The notes under the pieces are model-generated. The model saw only the letters and a program-made list of their open reading frames with translations, was not told the origin of the DNA and searched no databases. Shown one piece after another: positions 45,328-53,332 of a stretch of 56,877 nucleotides of DNA (position 1 is the first letter of the stretch; the number at the start of each line of letters is the position of its first letter). A program made the position numbers and the translations under genes. Where the stretch lies: contig DATJTV010000072.1 in NCBI GenBank assembly GCA_035503055.1, forward strand, positions 1 through 56,877, given 5' to 3'. Source of the DNA: Acetobacteraceae bacterium. Its GTDB lineage: Bacteria; Pseudomonadota; Alphaproteobacteria; Acetobacterales; Acetobacteraceae.

Positions 45328-46247
45328 CCGGAGTCCCGGAGGGTATAGATTGCGACGACGGCGAGCAGCAGCAGCGTCAGCATCACCGCGAGCGCCGATC
45401 CGTAGCCGTAGTCGAGCCCGGTCCAGGCCTTGAGGAACGCATAGAGCGGGAGCGTTTCGGTGGCCGTGCCCGGGCCGCCGCCGGTCATGATGAAGATGAG
45501 GTCGAGCGAATTGGCGACCCAGATCATGCGGAGCAGCAGCGCGGTCGCCATCACCGGGGCGAGCCCCGGCAGCGTGACGTGCCGGAAGGCGCCGAAAGCC
45601 CCGGCGCCGTCGATCGAGGCGGCCTCATAATGCTCGCGCGGAATCCCCTGGAGCCCCGCGAGCAGCGTGACGGCAAAAAAAGGAAAACCCTGCCAGGTAA
45701 GCGCGAGGATGACGGCGATCATCGCGGTGTCCGGCTGGGCGAGCCAGGCGATCGGGTGGGCGAAGAGGTCGAGCCGCACCAGGAGCGTGTTGATCACGCC
45801 GAGATTGAAATCGAGCATCCAGGTCCAGATCAGCCCGATGATGACGCTCGGCAGCGCCCAGGGAATGACGATGAGCGCTCGGGCGAGGCCGCGCCAGGCG
45901 AAGCGGCGGTTGAGCAGCAGCGCGGCCGCGAAGCCGAGCGAGAATTGCAGCGAGACGCCGCCCACGATCCAGACGAGCGAGCGGGCGAGGCTCGCCCAGA
46001 AGGTGGGATCGGCAATGACGGAGGCGTAGTTGGCGAGCCCGACGAACGGCGTCGTGCGCGGCTCGAAGAGCACGAAGCGATGCAGCGACATCCAGAGCGT
46101 GACCAGCACCGGAAGGAAGACGACGGCGCTCGTCGCAACCAGCGCGGGCGCGAGCAATGCCCACGGTGTCAGCGCCCGCGCTGAGGGGATGGCAAGGAGC
46201 GGCGCATGGGGCGCGGACGCCGGCCGCCCTGCCGCCGCGCTCCTCAT
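45324..46247 (-). CDS. CUT1 ABC permease (MalF-like)
   Basis: Start moved to ATG 46247 (ATGA overlap with the SBP stop). 307 aa; EAA loop (YEAASIDGAGAFGAFRHVTLP). Confidence 0.85.
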   Translation of the reverse strand: MRSAAAGRPASAPHAPLLAIPSARALTPWALLAPALVATSAVVFLPVLVTLWMSLHRFVLFEPRTTPFVGLANYASVIADPTFWASLARSLVWIVGGVSLQFSLGFAAALLLNRRFAWRGLARALIVIPWALPSVIIGLIWTWMLDFNLGVINTLLVRLDLFAHPIAWLAQPDTAMIAVILALTWQGFPFFAVTLLAGLQGIPREHYEAASIDGAGAFGAFRHVTLPGLAPVMATALLLRMIWVANSLDLIFIMTGGGPGTATETLPLYAFLKAWTGLDYGYGSALAVMLTLLLLAVVAIYTLRDSG

Positions 46248-47476
46248 CCGAAATAGAGCTTCTCGAAGCTCTGCATCATTGCCGCGGGCGTGATCTCGCC
46301 GAGCAGCGCCTTTTGCGTCATCTGCGGCCAGACGGTGCTCACGAACTCGGCGGTGGCGGGCACCGCGGGGAAGACGTGGGCGAGCGGCAGCGAAGCGAGC
46401 GTCGCCTCGACGAAGCGCTTCGGCTCCGCGGTCCAGTGCGCGGCCCCCGAGGTGGTGACGGTCACCTGGCCGGTGAGCAGGTTGAAGGCGACGTTGTTCT
46501 TGGCCGTGGAGAGGAACGAGAGCCATCGCCACGCCGCTTCCTTGTTGCGGCTGCCGGCGAAGATTGCGTTCGAGCCGTCGCCGAACGTGGCCCAGCCCGT
46601 GCCTTGCGGCCCGCGCGGCACCGGCACGGCGGTGATGCGATCGCCGAGCGCGGCCACGAGCGCGTTCGCCGAGCCGATATGGTGGATGGTCATGCCGGTG
46701 ACGCCCGCCTTCATGTTGTTGATGGTCTGAAGGAAGCCGTCGGTCGGCGCGGAGGGCGGGCAGACCTTCCATTTGCGGAAAAGGTCGATGAACCAGGCAT
46801 CGGCGGCGATCGCCGCCGGCGTGACGAGCCCGCCCTTGGCGAGCTTGGCGCCGCCGCCGAGGACGAAGGTGGCCCAGAAATCCTGCCCGCCGGATGCGCC
46901 GCGCAGGCCGAATCCCCAATGGCCCTTGGCCGTCATTGCCTGAGCGGCGTGGAGGAACTCGGGAAAGCTCGCCGGCGGGGCGAGGTGCGCGGCGTCCAGC
47001 CAGTCCCGCCGGACATAGAGATAGAGCATCACATACTGCACCGGCAGGTAGTAGCGGACGCCGGTGGGCGCGGTGTTGATGCGCCAGATGTCGGGATTGA
47101 TGTCGGCTTTCCCGGACCATGCGTCGATCATCGGGCCGAGATCCTCGAGCGCCTGCATTTCCATGAGCCGGCCGAGATTCTCGAGCTTCACCATCGCGCA
47201 GTCGGGGCCGCCGCCGGAGACCAGGGCGGTGTAGAGCCGGTTGTCGTAGTCGGCGCCGCCGCCCCAGGGGATGCTTTCCGCCATGATGCGGATGCCGGGA
47301 TTCGCCGCTTCGAAGGCGGCGACGAGGGCGGCCGGTGACGCCCGCGGATTGTCGAAATGGTACCACCAGTGGACGGTCGCGGGCGCGGCGGCGCGACCGC
47401 GGGCGAGCGGAGCGGCGGCGAGTGCGGCGGTGGCGGCGGTGGCGGCGGTGGCGGCGATCAGCGTTCTGCGCTTCAT
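46244..47476 (-). CDS. CUT1 ABC substrate-binding protein, Tat signal
   Basis: Start moved to ATG 47476 (MKRRTLIAATAATAATAALAAAPLARG), preceded by GGGAGA; 410 aa. Confidence 0.85.
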   Translation of the reverse strand: MKRRTLIAATAATAATAALAAAPLARGRAAAPATVHWWYHFDNPRASPAALVAAFEAANPGIRIMAESIPWGGGADYDNRLYTALVSGGGPDCAMVKLENLGRLMEMQALEDLGPMIDAWSGKADINPDIWRINTAPTGVRYYLPVQYVMLYLYVRRDWLDAAHLAPPASFPEFLHAAQAMTAKGHWGFGLRGASGGQDFWATFVLGGGAKLAKGGLVTPAAIAADAWFIDLFRKWKVCPPSAPTDGFLQTINNMKAGVTGMTIHHIGSANALVAALGDRITAVPVPRGPQGTGWATFGDGSNAIFAGSRNKEAAWRWLSFLSTAKNNVAFNLLTGQVTVTTSGAAHWTAEPKRFVEATLASLPLAHVFPAVPATAEFVSTVWPQMTQKALLGEITPAAMMQSFEKLYFG

Positions 47477-47507
47477 GGATGTCTCCCTCGGTCGTGTGGC
47501 CGCTTCG

Positions 47508-48134
47508 TCAGGCGGCTGCTTCGCGTTCGACGATCGTATCGAGATGTTCCGCGATCGTATGGATGAGAGCGGCGGCATCGCCCGCGCGCACGGCGGCGAG
47601 GATCGGGCGGTGGCGCGCGGCGGTGGCGGCGAGCGGGCGCTGGTGCCACGGCGCCCAGAGCTTGAAGCGATGGGTGTGCATGATGCAGCGGGCGAGGATG
47701 GGGGCGAGCGCGGGCACGCCGCCGATGCGGTAGAGGGCGAGGTGGAAGTCCGTGTCGCGCTCGATGAGCGCCCACGCATCTCCCGCCTGGGCCGCCCGGT
47801 CCATCGCCTCCTGCAAGGCCTCGAGGCGCGCATAGTCGCCGCCGGTGGCGCGGCGCGCGGCGTGGCGGGCGGCGCGGAGCTCGATCCGCCGCCGAAGGTC
47901 GAGAATTTCGCTCGCGGTTGCGGCGTCCAGGTCCGTCACCGTGGTGCCGGCGCGGCCGGCGCGGACCACGAGGCCCTCGCCGTCGAGACGGAGGAGCGCC
48001 TCGCGCACGGCCGCCTGGCTGCAGCGCAGGTCCTGGGCGAGGGCGAGCTCGGTCAGCACGGCCCCGGGGGCGAGCTGGTTCAGGACGATGCGGCGGCGGA
48101 GGGCTCCGAGCACGGCGGGCCCGCGGGCGGGCAT
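47508..48134 (-). CDS. GntR-family (FCD-type) transcriptional regulator
   Basis: 208 aa. HTH region LAPGAVLTELALAQDLRCSQAAVREALLRL plus an FCD-like C-terminal domain. It is the first gene of the minus-strand operon 42564-48134. Confidence 0.85.
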   Translation of the reverse strand: MPARGPAVLGALRRRIVLNQLAPGAVLTELALAQDLRCSQAAVREALLRLDGEGLVVRAGRAGTTVTDLDAATASEILDLRRRIELRAARHAARRATGGDYARLEALQEAMDRAAQAGDAWALIERDTDFHLALYRIGGVPALAPILARCIMHTHRFKLWAPWHQRPLAATAARHRPILAAVRAGDAAALIHTIAEHLDTIVEREAAA

Positions 48135-48142
48135 GACGCTTC

Positions 48143-48170
48143 CTCGATCTATTATCGATATTGGATCGAG
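48143..48170. promoter_or_regulatory. Near-perfect 28-bp palindrome CTCGATCTATTATCGATATTGGATCGAG, candidate GntR operator
   Basis: 24 of 28 positions are self-complementary by hand check, with perfect 7-bp outer arms and a TATCGATA core. It lies 9-36 nt upstream of the GntR start codon. Confidence 0.45.
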
Positions 48171-48367
48171 TTTAATCCCGATAGGCCGGCCGGATCAATA
48201 GGGACGCCCGGCCCTGTTTCGTCCCCCGGCAAGGCGAAGAACCATGGAAGGGCCGCGGCGTCCCGGCCGTTGGGAATCCGCGGCGATCCTCGAATCAAAC
48301 GGACATAGGCGAGAGCCTGGGGCCGAAGCGACTATTCGAGCGCTAATCGCAGCGGTTGGCGGCGAAT

Positions 48368-48406
48368 CCCAAAAGAAAGCGCCAAGGGGGCGGGACCCCC
48401 TTGGCG
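48368..48406 (-). terminator. Rho-independent terminator after the small secreted-protein gene
   Basis: On the minus strand, an 11-bp stem (CGCCAAGGGGG/CCCCCTTGGCG), a 5-nt loop, then CTTTCTTTTGGG. Confidence 0.7.
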
Positions 48407-48445
48407 TTCGTCATGTCGATGCTTGCGCGGGTCGGGAGGAACGCC

Positions 48446-48886
48446 TCAACGGCCACTGCCCGTCCTGTCCACCAGGCTCATATTGTTCATGTCGCTCACA
48501 GGGGCGATATTCACCGTATTGTTGGCGCAGCCTTGGCCCGTGAGCGTGGCCATGATGCGGCCATTGGGAGAGCGCGTTCCCGTGACGGTGCCGACCGGCC
48601 CGTTGCCGAGGGAAGTGCTCGCGAGCGTGAGCGTGAACTTCCCGTCGGGGTCCATCGTGCCGGTGACGGTGCTGATGCCGCTCAGATCCGAATATTCGGC
48701 GAACCCATGAATGGCCCCGTTCGTGTTGACCAGGCGCCAGCTGATGAAGGGGCAGCCGGGGACCGACGAGGCCGTGTTCCCCACGAATCCCGGTTCCGGC
48801 CCGGCAGCCTGCGCCGGCAGCACCGCAAACGTGCCGAGACCGATCAGCCCTGCCGCCACCATCCCAACCGAAGTCTTGACGTTCAT
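48446..48886 (-). CDS. Hypothetical small secreted protein (146 aa) with an internal repeat
   Basis: Start moved to ATG 48886, preceded by GAGGAGGA. Sec signal MNVKTSVGMVAAGLIGLGTFAVLPAQA. Duplicated motif TVTGTMDPDGKFTLTL / TVTGTRSPNGRIMATL. Two Cys residues. No family recognised. Confidence 0.65.
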   Translation of the reverse strand: MNVKTSVGMVAAGLIGLGTFAVLPAQAAGPEPGFVGNTASSVPGCPFISWRLVNTNGAIHGFAEYSDLSGISTVTGTMDPDGKFTLTLASTSLGNGPVGTVTGTRSPNGRIMATLTGQGCANNTVNIAPVSDMNNMSLVDRTGSGR

Positions 48887-49160
48887 TCTGTCCTCCTCAG
48901 AATCGCCGGCATGCACCTCGCGGCCGGGCTTCAGCGGCGACAAAGTGCCCAGTTTGGCGCTTGGCCGCAACGGTCTTTTTCGACACGAATCAAGGTTTTA
49001 TATGGAGAATTGCAAAATTCTCTGCCTTACGTTCAGTTAACGTAACGTGCAACGCCGCCGCAACAAGCAGAGACATCGCTCCGTGGGCGGCGGGAGCCCG
49101 CCGCTCCGGCGCGTGGGCCGACCAGTGAGAAAACGCAGCTCTTCTTCTTTTTGTTTTGAT

Positions 49161-49781
49161 TCACTGCAACGTGGGGTCGCTGAGCGGATAGATGATGCCA
49201 TTGGCGGCGTGAATTGGCTCTTCGGCAAGAGGCGAGGTGACAGTGTGGCCATCCGGCAGGTGATAGGTGATGGTGGTCGTCCCCTCACTCGCCCCGGTGA
49301 TCGATATCTGCTCACCGGACATGCTTGTCAGATTGAGCATTTGGTTAGCAAACTGATCCGGGGTGTAGATGCCGACCACCGCGTGGTCACGCATGTACTC
49401 GATCAGTTTCGCGGTGTTGGGGAAAGTCTGCGAGCCGCCCGGCACCAGTGTCTGATAGTAGGTCGGATATTTGGCGAACGCCGCGTTCGTCGGTGCGAAC
49501 ACGGTGACCGCCCTGATCGACCTGGCATTGGATGCCAACCCGGACTGGAGCAGCAGGCTGTAAAAAGTGCTGAACTCCGGATAGGATCCGAGGACCTGCG
49601 CTACGTCGAAGTTACTGTTGTCGATCATCGGCATGGCCGCGGCCGCGACGCGAGCCAGCAGGGGGGTGGCGCCTAATGCCAGCCCGAGGGTCAGCGCACG
49701 ACGGCGCGGCAGAAGACCATCAGCGGATATATTGCGGGACGACCGCACCGTCCCGGGAATGGCCGGACCCGGGCTTGGCAT
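49161..49781 (-). CDS. Fasciclin (FAS1) domain secreted protein, Tat-like signal
   Basis: RRRALTLGLALGATPLLARVAAAA signal, then FAS1 motifs (TVFAPTNAAF ... ANGIIYPLSDP). The start is uncertain (ATG 49781 or ATG 49865). Confidence 0.75.
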   Translation of the reverse strand: MPSPGPAIPGTVRSSRNISADGLLPRRRALTLGLALGATPLLARVAAAAMPMIDNSNFDVAQVLGSYPEFSTFYSLLLQSGLASNARSIRAVTVFAPTNAAFAKYPTYYQTLVPGGSQTFPNTAKLIEYMRDHAVVGIYTPDQFANQMLNLTSMSGEQISITGASEGTTTITYHLPDGHTVTSPLAEEPIHAANGIIYPLSDPTLQ

Positions 49782-49899
49782 CTTCGAGTCCACGGGATTA
49801 GCTGCGCTTCGATTTGTCACTGGACCCTCCTTTAGCGGGGTTTTCCAGGGGCAAGCCCACGACATCGGCGCCTCTAACCGAGGCTATTGGGCTGGCCTT

Positions 49900-50462
49900 T
49901 CAGTACCGCCCGCCTGCCGAGCATAAGCCCGCCTTCAGTTCTCCCGCAACCGTCAAACTGGAGACCGGCGGCAGCAGCCGGAATGCCATGATGCTGGCGA
50001 GGATTTCCTGGGACAGGCCGCGCGGCATCGCGACCTCAGCGATCTCGAAGGCGAACGACCGGCCATGCCGCGCGATCCTGGCGCCGATCTTCGCCAGCCG
50101 GTCCGCGGGGTCGTGAGCGACCACTGCCTAACCTCCTCGGGCAGCGCCGGGATGCGCAGGAAGTTGGCGAGGTTGTAGGCCAGTTCGTGCAGTTGCAGCC
50201 GAATCGCATTGGCGGCGAAGCGATGACAGGACAGCCGCATCCAGGTCACGGTGTTCTTGCCCTCTTTGATCGGCTGCTCCGCCGTGCCGCGGTGATTGTG
50301 GCATGCCACCACACGGCAGGCGCGGCTTCACGACCAGGCCTGGTAGCTGAAGCTGGCGTAGTAGCGGCGCACCCCGTGCGGTGGGCGACCCCCGGGGCGC
50401 CTGACAAGCCACGAGATGCTTTCTTGCAGGACCCAATTGGCCGGCAACCGGATCGTGTATTT
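49900..50462 (-). pseudogene. IS1380-family transposase remnant (5'-truncated, internal deletion, frameshift)
   Basis: Three frame pieces were found: KYTIRLPANWVLQESISWLVRRPGGRPPHGVRRYYASFSYQAWS*, then HNHRGTAEQPIKEGKNTVTWMRLSCHRFAANAIRLQLHELAYNLANFLR..LPEEV..WSLTT, then a shifted-frame tail ..LAKIGARIARHGRSFAFEIAEVAMPRGL. These match remembered conserved IS1380 transposase blocks. Confidence 0.7.
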
Positions 50463-50477
50463 CTAACCTACGGCCTT

Positions 50478-50587
50478 TCTAGAGCGTGATGGGTAAGCAC
50501 GAGCGATCCCATCCCGCTTCTAGAGCGTGATCGCCGAAGGTGGAATCACCGAAGGCGTGAATCACGCGGGAAAACAAAGACCTGGAG
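50478..50587. repeat. Inverted copy of the 62-bp repeat seen at 135-266 (full unit 50520-50587), plus an extra TCTAGAGCGTGAT fragment at 50478-50490
   Basis: The reverse complement of unit 135-196 aligned by hand to 50526-50587 gives about 8 mismatches in 62 bp. Confidence 0.85.
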
Positions 50588-50629
50588 CGGAACGGGCTCG
50601 AGGCGCTCGGTCGGTCAGCAGTGCTGTCC

Positions 50630-50649
50630 CATGTTTCACGTGAAACATG
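50630..50649. other. parS: parS-type centromere site: perfect 20-bp palindrome CATGTTTCACGTGAAACATG containing TGTTTCACGTGAAACA
   Basis: Positions 50632-50647 are identical to the chromosomal ParB-binding consensus TGTTNCACGTGAAACA. The site is intergenic. Confidence 0.75.
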
Positions 50650-50671
50650 AGCCTAATCAATATCGTAACGC

Positions 50672-50713
50672 AAAACCCGGGGGGACGGCGCCGAGGCGCG
50701 CGCTGTCCCCCCC
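50672..50713 (-). terminator. Rho-independent terminator after the M20 amidohydrolase gene
   Basis: On the minus strand, an 8-bp stem GGGGGGAC/GTCCCCCC enclosing a GC-rich loop, then GGGTTTTGCGTT. It starts 5 nt after the stop codon. Confidence 0.55.
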
Positions 50714-50717
50714 AAGC

Positions 50718-51890
50718 TCAACTCCGCGCCAGCTCCTGCTCGACGAGGCTGGCCCAATATGAAGCGCCGATGGGCAGAATCTCGTCGTTGAAATCATATT
50801 CGGGATGGTGCGCCGGCGTGCGCCCCGCGCTCTTGCCGCCCTGGCCGATGCGCACGAAGCAGCCCGGCACCGCGTTCGCCATGTACGAGAAATCCTCGCC
50901 CCCCATGCGCGGCGGCACGCGCCGGACGAGGTGCTCTTCGCCCACGATCTTCGCCGCGGCGCGGGCGGCGCGCTCCGTCGGCTCCGCCGCGTTCACCACC
51001 TGCGGATAGCCGCGGTGGTATTCGAGCACGCCCTCCGCGCCGTGCGCGGCGGCGATCGAGCGGACGATCTCGCCCATCTGCCGCTCGATCTCGTCCTGCA
51101 CGGCGGGTTTCAACGTGCGCACCGTGCCGTTGAGCGTCGCATCGGGGGGAATGACGTTGCCGGCGCTGCCGGCGTGGAACTGGGTCGTCGAGATCACTGC
51201 CGAATCGATCGGATCGACGCGCCGCGCGACGATCGTCTGCAGCGCGAGCACGATCTGGCTGCCCACCACCACCGGGTCGATCGCGTGGTGCGGCCGTGCC
51301 GCATGGCCGCCGCGGCCGCGCACACGGATCCAGAACCGGTCGGCAAACGCGTTGAGCGCGCCCTCCATCACCACCATCGTCCCCACCGGCACTGCCGGAT
51401 CGTTGTGCGCGCCATAGACGGCGTCGCAGGGGAAGCGCTCGAAGAGCCCCTCCTCCACCATCACCCGCCCGCCGCCGCCGCCCTCCTCGGCCGGCTGGAA
51501 GATGAAATGGACGGTGCCCTCGAAATTGCGCGTCTCGGCGAGATATTTCGCGGCCCCCAGCAGCATCGCCGTATGCCCGTCATGGCCGCAGGCATGCATC
51601 ACGCCCGGGTTCGTCGAGCGGTGCGCGAACTGGTTGATCTCCTCCATCGGCAGCGCGTCCATATCCGCGCGCAGTCCGATCGCGCGGGGCGAGCAGCCGT
51701 TGCGGAGCGTGCCGACGAGGCCGGTTCCGGCGATGCCGGTGGTGACCTCGATCCCCCATGCGGCGAGCTTCTCCGCCACCAGCGCGCTGGTGCGCCGCTC
51801 CGCGAAGCCGAGCTCCGGATGGGCGTGGAGATCCTGCCGCCAGGCGGTGACCTCGGGTGCCAGATCGGCGATGCGGTTGAGCACCGGCAT
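50718..51890 (-). CDS. M20D-family amidohydrolase (hippurate hydrolase / N-acyl-amino acid amidohydrolase-like)
   Basis: 390 aa. N-terminal WRQDLHAHPELGFAE and ACGHDGH metal-binding motifs. Confidence 0.85.
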   Translation of the reverse strand: MPVLNRIADLAPEVTAWRQDLHAHPELGFAERRTSALVAEKLAAWGIEVTTGIAGTGLVGTLRNGCSPRAIGLRADMDALPMEEINQFAHRSTNPGVMHACGHDGHTAMLLGAAKYLAETRNFEGTVHFIFQPAEEGGGGGRVMVEEGLFERFPCDAVYGAHNDPAVPVGTMVVMEGALNAFADRFWIRVRGRGGHAARPHHAIDPVVVGSQIVLALQTIVARRVDPIDSAVISTTQFHAGSAGNVIPPDATLNGTVRTLKPAVQDEIERQMGEIVRSIAAAHGAEGVLEYHRGYPQVVNAAEPTERAARAAAKIVGEEHLVRRVPPRMGGEDFSYMANAVPGCFVRIGQGGKSAGRTPAHHPEYDFNDEILPIGASYWASLVEQELARS

Positions 51891-51925
51891 GAGCCAACCC
51901 TCCTCTTTCGTTACAGCGCGTTTCC

Positions 51926-53155
<1,230 letters not shown>

Positions 53156-53332
53156 CGCCGCTTGCTCCGCCTCATCACCGCCGGTCGGGCGGAGTAACAA
53201 GCCGCCCTGGCCGCGGCAAGCGCGCGCCTCCCGCCGAGCCATGCGGGCGAGGCCAAAGGGGCGAGGAGGTTGCGGCGCGGAAGAAAATAGGGTTTGTCGC
53301 CCCGGTTCCCCTCCAAGGAAAGCCGCCTGGGC

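Noticed and set aside
47357-47566. A poly-glycine ORF (GGGGGGGGGGG) on the plus strand.
   Set aside because: It is the antisense reading of the GCGGCGGTG repeat that encodes the Ala/Thr-rich Tat signal peptide of the SBP on the minus strand.
53156-53332. A possible riboswitch or attenuator in the divergent argG/hpnN intergenic region.
   Set aside because: I saw no recognisable conserved RNA motif, leader peptide or terminator/antiterminator pair by eye. It would need an Rfam scan.
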